This document shows positions 36,726 through 46,028 of a stretch of 64,000 bases of DNA, piece after piece. The stretch comes from an uncultured Gammaproteobacteria bacterium (lineage in GTDB: Bacteria > Patescibacteriota > Microgenomatia > CAZXEC01): contig CAZXEC010000001.1 in NCBI GenBank assembly GCA_964639595.1, forward strand, positions 187,750 to 251,749. The letters run 5' to 3'. The notes beneath the pieces are model-generated. The model did no database searches. It was not told where the DNA came from and saw only the letters and a program-made list of their open reading frames with translations. Position numbers and translations under genes: made by a program. Each line of letters opens with the position of its first letter. The first letter of the stretch is position 1.

Positions 36726-38183
36726 ATGCTAAATCCTCAAAATAAACTCTTTCGCTGGGGCCCAATTTCCGCTTGTCCTTTGTTTATGTACTTTACCATC
36801 TATCCGTCTTTTGCTCCCATGAAAAAACTATTTGGGATTGGCTATCCAGAGTCGGTTGTGATATTCCAGGAAAATAAAGTAACCTGGCTGCTGGATGATC
36901 AAGAATTTTATAGTCAAAGCAAAAAATTTGTCGATCAGGTCATCCTAAATAGCAAAAAAAGAACAGATTTTCTTAACCTTTGGGACAAGAAAACAGAGCA
37001 GCTAAAAGAGATCTTTGATAGATTGGATTCGCTAAAATTAACTAGCCCCACTAACTCCCAGTTAACCGAATTATTCGGTGAGTTTAATAGAATTTATTTC
37101 AACTGGTGGGCAGTTACCATGACAGTGGAGTTAGTTACCACCAGTATAGAACCGCTGTTGGGGAAAAAACTAAAAAGCTATTATCGGGATGATTCTATCA
37201 TTGAGTATAATAAGGATTTTGCCACTTTAACTTCGCCGCTGATGCTGACATTTTATCGTCAGGAACAGCTGGATTTAGCCAATGTGCTGCTGCTGCCTAA
37301 AAATAAGCAGGCAGATGCCCTAAAAAAACATCAGGAGAAGTTTTATTGGATGTATAATAGTTATCAAAAAGCTCAAATTTTAGGTTTGGATTATTTTTCA
37401 GATGAACTGTCAAAACTAGAAAAAATAGATTATCAAAATATTTTGCAGGAGATAAAAAATTATGCTGCCCATATTAAGCAGCAAAAGCAGGCTATTTTTG
37501 CTAAAATTAAACCGGATGGGCGACTGTTGACTTTAGTGGAGCTGGCAGAAACATTTTCTGCTTTGCAGGATGACCGTAAGAAATATAATTTTATAGCCGA
37601 CCATTATTTAGAACTTTTTGTTGCTGAATTTGCCTTAAGAACTCAAAAAAATATAGATGATTTAAAATTTCTCTTGCCTGATGAACTGGCTCTCTCGCTT
37701 AAGAGGGTTAATATGAAATTAATACAAGCAAGACAAAAATGTTTTGTGATGACTTGCCAGGGAGATAAGATTAGTAATGTAGTTGGCGACCAAGGGCAGG
37801 CTATAGCTGGCGTGTTTGCCAATATTGATGATGTTGAAGAGAGTGTTATTCATGGAATTTTAGCATCCGCCGGCGATAGTTATTATTTCCGGTCAACAGC
37901 CAAAATTATATTAACAATAGACCAGATATCTAAATTACTTGACGGAGAAATTTTAGTGACTACCATGACCAGTCCTGATTTTGTTATTGGGATGAAGAGA
38001 GCCGGTGCGATCATTACAGATATAGGCGGTATTTTGTCACATGCGGCAATTATATCCAGGGAATTAGGCAAACCATGCATTGTGGGCACTAAAATTGCCA
38101 CCAAAGTAATCCATGATGGCGACGTGGTAGAACTTCATTGCGCCAAGGGTACTGTCAAAATAATCAAGCAGGCAAAAAATTAA
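36726..38183 (+). CDS. orphan PEP-utilizing-enzyme mobile (phosphohistidine swivel) domain protein with a novel ~370-aa helical N-terminal region
   Basis: C-terminal GEILVTTMTSPDFVIGMKRAGAIITDIGGILSHAAIISRELGKPCIVGT matches the PpsA/PPDK/RPH swivel domain. No ATP-grasp or PEP-binding TIM barrel is recognisable. Confidence 0.55.
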   Translation: MLNPQNKLFRWGPISACPLFMYFTIYPSFAPMKKLFGIGYPESVVIFQENKVTWLLDDQEFYSQSKKFVDQVILNSKKRTDFLNLWDKKTEQLKEIFDRLDSLKLTSPTNSQLTELFGEFNRIYFNWWAVTMTVELVTTSIEPLLGKKLKSYYRDDSIIEYNKDFATLTSPLMLTFYRQEQLDLANVLLLPKNKQADALKKHQEKFYWMYNSYQKAQILGLDYFSDELSKLEKIDYQNILQEIKNYAAHIKQQKQAIFAKIKPDGRLLTLVELAETFSALQDDRKKYNFIADHYLELFVAEFALRTQKNIDDLKFLLPDELALSLKRVNMKLIQARQKCFVMTCQGDKISNVVGDQGQAIAGVFANIDDVEESVIHGILASAGDSYYFRSTAKIILTIDQISKLLDGEILVTTMTSPDFVIGMKRAGAIITDIGGILSHAAIISRELGKPCIVGTKIATKVIHDGDVVELHCAKGTVKIIKQAKN

Positions 38184-39154
38184 AGCGCTCTTACCTCTAA
38201 ACCGTTTAAGTCTATTGAGAAATCAACCTGCCGGCACCCGTTTTTCTCAAGAGTAGTAATAACTTGATGCTTCTTAGGTGGATGGCACATAAAAAGCATG
38301 TGTCCACCCCCACCTGCTCCCATGACTTTACCTCCGATGGCTCCATTGGCAAGAGCTGTTTTATATATGTCATCAATAAATGAATTAGTGGATATTGGAT
38401 TAGCGGCTATTCTAAGTTTCCATGACTCGTCAAGCAGTTCACCGATGACCACAGGTTTGTTAAGGGAATGATAAGCTTTGTCAGCTAGTTGTTTGATGAG
38501 CGTGAGAGAGTCAATAGTTTTTTGACTGTTCATAGTTTTGACTAGCTGTTGCTGTATTTTATCAGAAGGTGAACGGTGGCCCAGTGAGAAAAGAACAAAA
38601 TAATCAACAAGATTCTCCCAGCCATTTCTTAAAGTAGTAACTTGAGTTGGGAAGCCGTGTGATTGGTAATAGTTAATACCTCCCATGACGCTGGCTATTT
38701 GGTCTTGGTGACCGGTGACCCAGCCTAAATGTAATTCCATGGTTTGGGCCTTTTGGGCAATATCAAGACGGCTCTGTACAATATCCAAATATCTATTAAT
38801 GGCACCAATGGTTGCCACTGTAAAGGCGGCAGAACCACCCAAACCAGAGTGATAGCCAACATCAGATGTAGTCTCTAAGTCAAAACCACGAGGGAAATTA
38901 TAAGACCTAAAAATCTGGAGAAATAAATCATACCTGCCATCATTGTTGGGTATTTGATCTTTGATGAAAGACACCATCTTACCTGGTGTTATAATTTGGA
39001 TTTTATTATCATGACGCGGCGTTAATATAACGGTCTGTCTTAGGTTAATAGCCATATTCAAAACAGTAGTCCCATATCTTGAAGAAAATGGTTCCACGTC
39101 AGTACCACCGCAAAACAGGACTATTCTACAAGGTGCCTTGGAGATAATTCTCAT
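38180..39154 (-). CDS. GHMP-family sugar kinase (HddA/heptose-7-phosphate-kinase-like)
   Basis: N-terminal KAPCRIVLFCGGTDVEPF and GLGGSAAFTVATIGAINRYL (motif II) typical of GHMP kinases. Confidence 0.6.
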   Translation of the reverse strand: MRIISKAPCRIVLFCGGTDVEPFSSRYGTTVLNMAINLRQTVILTPRHDNKIQIITPGKMVSFIKDQIPNNDGRYDLFLQIFRSYNFPRGFDLETTSDVGYHSGLGGSAAFTVATIGAINRYLDIVQSRLDIAQKAQTMELHLGWVTGHQDQIASVMGGINYYQSHGFPTQVTTLRNGWENLVDYFVLFSLGHRSPSDKIQQQLVKTMNSQKTIDSLTLIKQLADKAYHSLNKPVVIGELLDESWKLRIAANPISTNSFIDDIYKTALANGAIGGKVMGAGGGGHMLFMCHPPKKHQVITTLEKNGCRQVDFSIDLNGLEVRAL

Positions 39155-39367
39155 GCCTGAAAAATCAGCAGATATATTACTTTTCTCCCACTTGTTGTTT
39201 TAACAGATCCAAAGTATTTTTCTTGGCTTCTTCGACTGTCTGGCTACTGGCCGTAGCCGCTTTTTCAAAAGTTTTTTCCGTGATGTTGTCATCTGATCCC
39301 ATGTTATCATTAGGCAGGCCGCATCCGCAGTTATAACACATTAAAAATCACCTCCTCCGCCCCGTGA

Positions 39368-39408
39368 ACCCCGATCCGATAATATCAGATCCCGATTCAA
39401 TCGGTGGG
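39368..39408. repeat. degenerate copy of the CCCCGAT...ATCGGGG palindromic element family (intergenic)
   Basis: CCCCGATCCGATAATATCAGATCCCGATTCAATCGGTGGGG. Confidence 0.5.
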
Positions 39409-39474
39409 GCTTTATCGTTAAAATCATATCACATTGATTGGACTTGACCAAGCTGTTAAGATGTTTAGTAATTA

Positions 39475-40566
39475 ATGAAGCCTATGAAGGGATTTTCCAA
39501 TCTACCAATAATTGTTGCCGCCGCTTTAGCGATATTAGGAGCAGGCTGGTATTTTGCCTATCAGCAGTACAAACCAAATACAGCTCCCCCTGTAACTCAA
39601 GAAGATCCCCAAGCCAGAGAACTATCTAGCCAATCAGCCAGCCTAAAGGCCAAGATTGCTTCAGCTGCGGCTATTGGCGTGGATGTGTCCCAACTGACCG
39701 GAGTTGTTGCCGAAATTGACGAGTTGGTTATCAAAAGACTTTATGATGATGCCAGGGGAAATATTGCTACAATTTCTGCAGAAGTCGATTTGCTAATCTC
39801 CCAGAAAGCCGAAGAAGCGGCCAAAGCCCAAAGCACTGTCCCTCAACAAGCAGCAGCTATGACGTCCGGCGCCTATTCCCGACAATCAGTCCAAACCCAG
39901 GATGGCACCTTTACCGTGGATATGATAGCCGCAGACCTGGCAGCTGGCGCTAGAGTGATTACCGATGTGGGCAGTGACGGCAATTGTGCTGATGGTTGCC
40001 CGGCCTTTTCTTTGGCAGAATATGTGGCCCGCCATGGCGGTTATGCCGGAATTAACGGCACATATTTTTGTCCGCCTGATTATGCCCAGTGCGCCGGACA
40101 AACTAACTCCTTTACCTTAATGGTTTACAATAGCAGAACCAGTACTCTGATCAACGAAGATAAAAAAGACTGGACCAATGCCGGAGCTTTTTTCTTGATT
40201 GATGCAGGCAACGGTATTCATTTTTATAACCCAGCTAGCGGTTATGATGGAGCCAGCAAAAAAGCCGGTATTGCCATGCGGCCGGCTCTGGTGCAAAACA
40301 GGGGCTATGCTGTCAATGAAGGAGCCATGGAACCAAAAGAAAACACCAAGGCCAACCGGCCATTCATCGGCAACAAAGGCAGCACAGTTTATATTGGTAT
40401 TGTTAGGTCAGCCACTGTTCCGGAAGAAGCCAGGGCTCTGGCCTCTTTGGGTTTTGATAATGCCATTCACTTGGATAGCGGCGGATCAACTGCCCTTTAT
40501 CACAACGGATCATATCTTTATGGTCCGGGAAGAAAACTTCCCTCTGCTGTTATCTTTGCCAGATAA
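39475..40566 (+). CDS. phosphodiester glycosidase family protein (DUF2233/NAGPA-like), N-terminal membrane anchor
   Basis: AGINGTYFCPPDYAQCAGQ ... NAIHLDSGGSTALY ... PSAVIFA, characteristic of DUF2233. Confidence 0.55.
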   Translation: MKPMKGFSNLPIIVAAALAILGAGWYFAYQQYKPNTAPPVTQEDPQARELSSQSASLKAKIASAAAIGVDVSQLTGVVAEIDELVIKRLYDDARGNIATISAEVDLLISQKAEEAAKAQSTVPQQAAAMTSGAYSRQSVQTQDGTFTVDMIAADLAAGARVITDVGSDGNCADGCPAFSLAEYVARHGGYAGINGTYFCPPDYAQCAGQTNSFTLMVYNSRTSTLINEDKKDWTNAGAFFLIDAGNGIHFYNPASGYDGASKKAGIAMRPALVQNRGYAVNEGAMEPKENTKANRPFIGNKGSTVYIGIVRSATVPEEARALASLGFDNAIHLDSGGSTALYHNGSYLYGPGRKLPSAVIFAR

Positions 40567-40787
40567 GTTGATTGTGTTACAATACTACCCAACTTTAGGA
40601 TTATATGGTGGAAACAGCGCCTCGCAATCAGCATTTTGATCGTCTTTATGGAGAGATAGATATTGGTCCGGAAGTTAGAGCGCTTTTGTCAACGCCGGAG
40701 TTTGTCAGACTGCACAGAGTAGCTTTAGATGCGGTACCTCATTGACTTTGCGCAACCGGAGTTACCGCCTCCAAAGCAGAGCATTCC

Positions 40788-41789
40788 GTGGGTGTTAGCC
40801 ATTTAGCAGAGTTGTTAAGTCGGAAAAAAGAATTTGCCGCCCACAGAGCCAATTTAATTTTTGCCGCCGCCCTGCATGATATTGCTACCCCGCCATTTTC
40901 TCATACTTCAGAGCATTTTTTATATGATTTCTTTAAAAATAATCACGAGGCTTTTGCCAAGGATATTATTTTAGATTCCCCAGAGCTAGTTCGTGTGATT
41001 ACCCAATTTGGTGGTGAGGTGGAAACTGTCGCTAACCTGATTAGCGGAGAGGCCAGACCATTGTCTGATCTGATTAACGGAACAATTGATCTGGATAATT
41101 CCCTAAGATATGGTATGAGCAAAGGGATATTATTATATCCGCCGTATAATCCGGAGCAGCTTGTCGGGGGTTTTGGGTTGACAGCTGGGCAGTTACAGCT
41201 TGCAGTCAGCCAAGCAGATCTTAGGTCTTGGGAGAACTGCCGGAAAGAGATCTATGATCATGTTTATAGCCAAGCTAACCTGGCTCCTGCTACCATGCTT
41301 TATCGGGCAATTGAGTTGGTGTACACAGATGGCGAATTGCCGAGTAGTTTCTTTTTTATGACTGATGATCAGGCCTTTGATTTTTTACTTCATGATAGAA
41401 GAGCCAGATATGTCAGCCAACTGATGGAGAATTTGGCTAGCTGGTTATTCTATCCCACGTTTTTTAGTTGGGAAAGTCACCATCCTAATTTTTCTCAACA
41501 GAAATTAACTTCTTCATGGCGGGCTCGCCGGCTACTGGCTAGTTTTATCTGCCACGAGTTTGGTTTTGAACCGCAGGAAGTAGGCGTTTATTGCGATCGC
41601 GATAAGGGTTATCGTCAGATTCACCTGCCTTTGGTGGGAGATGATGGTCAAATAAGAGACCATCAAACAGCAATACCACAAAAGCATATGATAAAAGTTT
41701 TTATCCATCCCAAATATGAACAGGATGGTGACAAAATTGCCAGTTTTTGTAGTAAGATTTTGAATGAAAGTGTAAGGGTGGGATTTTAA
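40788..41789 (+). CDS. HD-domain phosphohydrolase. The ORF as drawn starts at an internal GTG; the same frame continues upstream to an ATG at 40605 but is interrupted by TGA at 40743-40745
   Basis: EHSVGV...AALHDIATPPFSH HD motif. The upstream in-frame segment encodes FDRLYGEIDIGPEVRALLSTPEFVRLHRVALDAVPH*LCATGVTASKAEHS, which matches the usual HD-protein N-terminus. Confidence 0.6.
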   Translation: MGVSHLAELLSRKKEFAAHRANLIFAAALHDIATPPFSHTSEHFLYDFFKNNHEAFAKDIILDSPELVRVITQFGGEVETVANLISGEARPLSDLINGTIDLDNSLRYGMSKGILLYPPYNPEQLVGGFGLTAGQLQLAVSQADLRSWENCRKEIYDHVYSQANLAPATMLYRAIELVYTDGELPSSFFFMTDDQAFDFLLHDRRARYVSQLMENLASWLFYPTFFSWESHHPNFSQQKLTSSWRARRLLASFICHEFGFEPQEVGVYCDRDKGYRQIHLPLVGDDGQIRDHQTAIPQKHMIKVFIHPKYEQDGDKIASFCSKILNESVRVGF

Positions 41790-41830
41790 TCAGTTGCCTT
41801 CCTGGTCTGGTAGTTGTAATATTAAATCAG

Positions 41831-42022
41831 ATGATTAAAAAAAGAGGCAAAATTTGGGTGTTATTATCCAAAACCACCGGCCGGGTTCTGGGGCATCATC
41901 AATCCAAAGCCTCGGCCCAAAAACAGGAAAGAGCCATCCAAATTTCCAAAGCCCGGGCAGCCGGACACCGGATCCCTCGCTTGCCTCGCCGAGTTAAGGC
42001 GGGCCGTCCCCGGTATAAATAA
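41831..42022 (+). CDS. small basic hypothetical protein
   Basis: 63 aa, Arg/Lys-rich C-terminus. Confidence 0.3.
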   Translation: MIKKRGKIWVLLSKTTGRVLGHHQSKASAQKQERAIQISKARAAGHRIPRLPRRVKAGRPRYK

Positions 42023-42028
42023 TCACAT

Positions 42029-42736
42029 ATGAGAGTATTGTTGTTTGGTAAAAACTCTCAAGATCTTTCCGGACATTTAGCCAAATTAAACCTGGTGCCA
42101 GTTTCCCAAAATCCGGAAGTTGTTATTACTTATGGCGGCGATGGCACCTTGCTGGAGGCGGAAAGAAAATTTCCCCAAGTACCAAAATTACCCATTCGCC
42201 ACAGCCAGAATTGCCACTATTGCGCCAGTCACACCCAGCAAATGTTATTGGAAAAATTAAAAAACCAGCAACTTAACAGCCAAAAGTTTTTTAAATTGGC
42301 AGCAGTGGCAGGGCAGAGACGGGCCTTAGCGTTAAATGAGATCGGAGTTTTACATCAGCTTTTATATCAGGGCATCAGATTCCAAGTCAAAATCAACAGG
42401 CAGGATGTAGCCGGAACAATTATCGGTGATGGAGTAGTTGTAGCCACACCTTTTGGTTCTTCTGGATATTTTCAGAGTATCACAGGTAAGACCTTTACCT
42501 CCGGTATTGGGGTGGCTTTTTCCAATACTGTCAGCCATCTTAAATACAGAGTTGTTGATGAAAAAAGTTCAATTGAGGTATTGATCGTTCGCGGCCCGGC
42601 TCAAGTTACTAATGATAACAATCCTGATCTGATCCAACTGGTAGAAGGAGATAAGATATCAATCACCAGATCACCGCAGACGGCTGTAATCCTGTCAGAC
42701 TCCTTATCCTGCTTAGATTGTGCAAAGACTCATTAA
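42029..42736 (+). CDS. nadK: NAD(+) kinase (short form)
   Basis: GGDGTLLEA and NEIGV motifs. Confidence 0.7.
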   Translation: MRVLLFGKNSQDLSGHLAKLNLVPVSQNPEVVITYGGDGTLLEAERKFPQVPKLPIRHSQNCHYCASHTQQMLLEKLKNQQLNSQKFFKLAAVAGQRRALALNEIGVLHQLLYQGIRFQVKINRQDVAGTIIGDGVVVATPFGSSGYFQSITGKTFTSGIGVAFSNTVSHLKYRVVDEKSSIEVLIVRGPAQVTNDNNPDLIQLVEGDKISITRSPQTAVILSDSLSCLDCAKTH

Positions 42737-42754
42737 TATATTAAAATTGGCCCG

Positions 42755-43852
42755 ATGGATTCTTTAAAAAAGCAAATAGCAGATCTGATCTTGAGGTTTA
42801 ATTCCTTAAAACACGCCCTGGCTCTGGATAAAAAGCAGATCAAAATAAGAGAACTGGAGGCTGATTCTGCCAAAGCTGATTTCTGGCAGGACTCCACACA
42901 AGCCGGCCAGCTGATGAAAGAACTGGCCTTACTGCAAGAAGAAAAAGCCACGGTAGAAAAATTAGATAAAAAAATTAATGACTGCCTGTCGATGTTGGAT
43001 CTAGCTAAGGATGAGTTGGCAACAGCCGATGAAACTATTAAAGCTGAATTAGAAAAAGCCATTAAAGAAATTGATAAACTCTTAACCCAGCAGGAGTTCA
43101 AGATTTTTTTGTCAGGAGAATATGATAAATCCGATGCTATTTTATCAATTCATGCCGGACAAGGCGGCACTGAAGCTATGGATTGGGTGACAATGCTGTT
43201 GAGGATGTATACCAGATATATTGAAAATAAGGGTTGGAGGTATGAAATCATTGATCAAACACCCGGAGAAGAAGCGGGCTTAAAAAGTGTAACTTTGTCA
43301 GTCGCTGGTCATTATTCTTATGGTTTTCTGAAAGGCGAGGCCGGGGCCCATAGGCTGGTGCGCCAGTCACCTTTTAACGCCAATAACTTACGGCAAACTT
43401 CCTTTGCCTTGGTAGAAGTAATGCCGCAAGTAGAAGATGACAGCCAGATCATAGTTAAAGAGGAAGATATTGAGTTTGAGGCTTTTCGTTCCGGTGGTCA
43501 TGGCGGCCAGAATGTTAACAAAGTTTCAACAGCTGTTAGGATTAAACATCTGCCGACAGGTCTTGTGGTAGCGTCACAATCTCAAAGGTATCAGGCCCAA
43601 AACAGGGCCAATGCTATGAAACTGCTCAAGGCCAAACTGTGGATTCTTAAAGAAGAGCAGTTACAAAAAGAGAAAAAACAGCTCAAAGGCGAATATAAAA
43701 TTGCCGGCTGGGGTAATCAAATCAGGTCGTATGTGCTGCACCCGTATCACCTGGTTAAAGACTTGCGCACCAGCTATGAGACTTCCCAAGCCCAAGCAGT
43801 GCTTGATGGAGAACTGGAGGATTTTATCCAAACTGAAATCCGTCAACTTTAG
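42755..43852 (+). CDS. prfB: peptide chain release factor 2, encoded in a single frame (no programmed +1 frameshift)
   Basis: SPF tripeptide (QSPFNANN) and GGQ (SGGHGGQNVNK); 365 aa, uninterrupted. Confidence 0.9.
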   Translation: MDSLKKQIADLILRFNSLKHALALDKKQIKIRELEADSAKADFWQDSTQAGQLMKELALLQEEKATVEKLDKKINDCLSMLDLAKDELATADETIKAELEKAIKEIDKLLTQQEFKIFLSGEYDKSDAILSIHAGQGGTEAMDWVTMLLRMYTRYIENKGWRYEIIDQTPGEEAGLKSVTLSVAGHYSYGFLKGEAGAHRLVRQSPFNANNLRQTSFALVEVMPQVEDDSQIIVKEEDIEFEAFRSGGHGGQNVNKVSTAVRIKHLPTGLVVASQSQRYQAQNRANAMKLLKAKLWILKEEQLQKEKKQLKGEYKIAGWGNQIRSYVLHPYHLVKDLRTSYETSQAQAVLDGELEDFIQTEIRQL

Positions 43853-43941
43853 CGCTTTTGTTAGCCCGATTTACCAATGCTAAACATCCTGCATAAATAT
43901 CTAACATTTGAAAATTAAATGGTCGGTATGTTAATATTTGA

Positions 43942-44883
43942 ATGATGGACGCAGAGCAACCAGAGGAAGTCTCCAGAGTAAATCTCCAAGAAACCACAAG
44001 GGGGAGGGTGGACGTAGAACCTGTTGTTGTGGGGCATAGACGAAGAGGGGCACGAGAAGAAAATTTAGGACTTCTGGTACGCGGACTTCGTAAGAAAGGT
44101 CATTTAACGCAGGTTGAGTTTGCTGAGAAAGTTGCCGCTATGTTAGGAAAGCCAGTGGAACAGCCGCTTATTGCTCGCCTGGAAGCAGGAATTCACCGTC
44201 CCAAACTAGAAGAAATTAGAGCTATTCTAGATGTTGCTCGGATAGACCCAATCGAAGAAAGTAGGGTTTTATACACAGCCGGCTATCTTCCAACTAAAGA
44301 GGATTTGGAGAAAAACAAAAGCTCCTTTGATGTACTATTGAAAGACTGGTCAGAGAGAGGATTGCCCTGCGCAGTTATAGACGCGATGGGATGGAGATAT
44401 GTAGCTTGGAATGAAGAGGCGGATAAGCTGTTTCATCTAAGTCAAGCCCAAAAAAGGAAGGAGCAAAAAGGCATAACCGGAAATGAAGAGGACGAACTGT
44501 ACGGTTATCCCCAACTTCTAGAGTTGATTTTAGATCCATCATCAGACTTTCATAAACTGGTCTTTAGTGCAGGGAAAGAGGCAGGGATGAATTTCGCTGC
44601 ACAGCAGCTGAATAACTTTTTTTATCAAACCGAACCATGGCGCCGTCTGCCTTGGTTGAATCGGATGAAAGAAGATATCCGCAAGACTCCTTATTATTCA
44701 GAAATTGCATTGCTGCGAAGGCAACACCTGCTTACTTCTGTGTGGATTTCCTACGGCTTTACCGAGATACCAATAATCCACGAAAGCGAGAAGAGAATTC
44801 TTGCAGAGTTTTCCACTGAACTAAATACCGATTTTCGTTTTGAAACTTTGAGATACCTCTTTTTCCTCCCAAGAGGCCAGTGA
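43942..44883 (+). CDS. XRE-family HTH regulator with a large C-terminal domain of unknown function
   Basis: HTH segment LTQVEFAEKVAAMLGKPVEQPLIARLEAG; local GC is higher than the surroundings. Confidence 0.5.
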   Translation: MMDAEQPEEVSRVNLQETTRGRVDVEPVVVGHRRRGAREENLGLLVRGLRKKGHLTQVEFAEKVAAMLGKPVEQPLIARLEAGIHRPKLEEIRAILDVARIDPIEESRVLYTAGYLPTKEDLEKNKSSFDVLLKDWSERGLPCAVIDAMGWRYVAWNEEADKLFHLSQAQKRKEQKGITGNEEDELYGYPQLLELILDPSSDFHKLVFSAGKEAGMNFAAQQLNNFFYQTEPWRRLPWLNRMKEDIRKTPYYSEIALLRRQHLLTSVWISYGFTEIPIIHESEKRILAEFSTELNTDFRFETLRYLFFLPRGQ

Positions 44884-45059
44884 ATTTCTCTAAGGTTTAC
44901 CCCAGTTCGGCACTTTCTCTAGAAACAACTATAAATAATAACGATACCGAATCAGCCCGAAAAAGTTCAGATTCGTTTAGATCTATTACATGTATTCTTC
45001 TCATGGCACCTCCTTCCCAACGCACATTTTAGAAGAATGTGTTCTACATGTGTTTACAC

Positions 45060-45087
45060 AATCCGTAGCCTTGCAAGGCTACGGATT
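45060..45087. repeat. perfect 28-bp palindrome AATCCGTAGCCTTGCAAGGCTACGGATT (candidate operator / hairpin)
   Basis: Perfect dyad symmetry read directly from the sequence; intergenic, between the XRE regulator and the ftsEX operon. Confidence 0.6.
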
Positions 45088-45320
45088 GATGTTTGCCTTG
45101 TCAGGTGATTTCACCTCGTGCTAGAATAATGATGTGCAAGAGACTGTCCCATCAATGCCGACAACATTTTCGCTACCTCCTGCTCCCATGGTATATTCTC
45201 CTGAAGAGCATGGAAGTTTTTTTAGTGTCATTTTTCTCGTAACTGTTTTTTTAGTTGGTCTTATTTCAGGCTATATACTGGCGCAAGCAAACTGGCAAAC
45301 ACCGCCTTTGATAATCAGTA

Positions 45321-46028
45321 GTGAATCTCAAACAGAAAAATAATATGCTGAAGTTTGATAAAGTCACAAAACATTTTGGTACCGGTTATGAGGCATTAAC
45401 TGATGTTGATTTAGAGATCGAACCATCAGAGTTTGTTTTTATAATTGGGCCTTCGGGAGCTGGTAAAACTACCTTATTAAAACTGATCACCAAGGAGCTG
45501 ACTCCCAGCAGCGGATCAATTTATTTTGGCGATTGGGATCTGGTTAATTTGCCTTCCTCATACATACCCCAACTAAGACGTAGAGTGGCTACGGTTTTCC
45601 AAGATTTCCGTCTCTTGACAGACCGGACGGTTAGAGAAAATGTGGCTTTGACACTTGAGGTGTTAGGTCAAAAAGTGGAAGATATACAGGAGGATGTCAA
45701 TCAAATACTGGAGATGGTGGGACTGGCTGGTAAGGGTGAAACTTTCCCCAGTCAATTGTCAGGAGGAGAAGCTCAAAAAGTGGTCATTGCCAGAGCGCTG
45801 GTTGCTAAACCGGAAGTGATTTTAGCAGATGAACCGACAGGTAATCTTGATCTTGGCACAGCCAGGTCGATTATGAAGTTGCTAGAAGATATCAATAAAG
45901 CAGGTACCACGATCATGATGGCTACTCATAATGCCGATCTTGTTAATGAAATGGAAAAGCGGGTGATACGCCTAGATAAAGGTAGAGTAACTTCAGATCG
46001 CAAAAAAGGAAAATACAAAGATGATTGA
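45321..46028 (+). CDS. ftsE: cell-division ABC ATPase FtsE
   Basis: Walker A GPSGAGKTT, signature LSGGEAQ, Walker B ILADEPTGNLD; overlaps ftsX. Confidence 0.9.
   Translation: MNLKQKNNMLKFDKVTKHFGTGYEALTDVDLEIEPSEFVFIIGPSGAGKTTLLKLITKELTPSSGSIYFGDWDLVNLPSSYIPQLRRRVATVFQDFRLLTDRTVRENVALTLEVLGQKVEDIQEDVNQILEMVGLAGKGETFPSQLSGGEAQKVVIARALVAKPEVILADEPTGNLDLGTARSIMKLLEDINKAGTTIMMATHNADLVNEMEKRVIRLDKGRVTSDRKKGKYKDD

Noticed and set aside
40199-40639. 146-aa ORF overlapping the 3' end of the DUF2233 gene
   Set aside because: It is out of frame with and inside a well-supported gene, with no motifs.
40743-40745. Possible UGA-to-amino-acid recoding (Gracilibacteria/SR1-type code 25 or code 4), considered because of an in-frame TGA in a conserved HD gene
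   Set aside because: A complete release factor 2 gene (42755..43852, SPF + GGQ motifs) is present. Essentially all other long conserved genes in the window (lon, secA, nrdJ, hppA, lysS, serS) are uninterrupted by TGA. A local mutation or error is more parsimonious.
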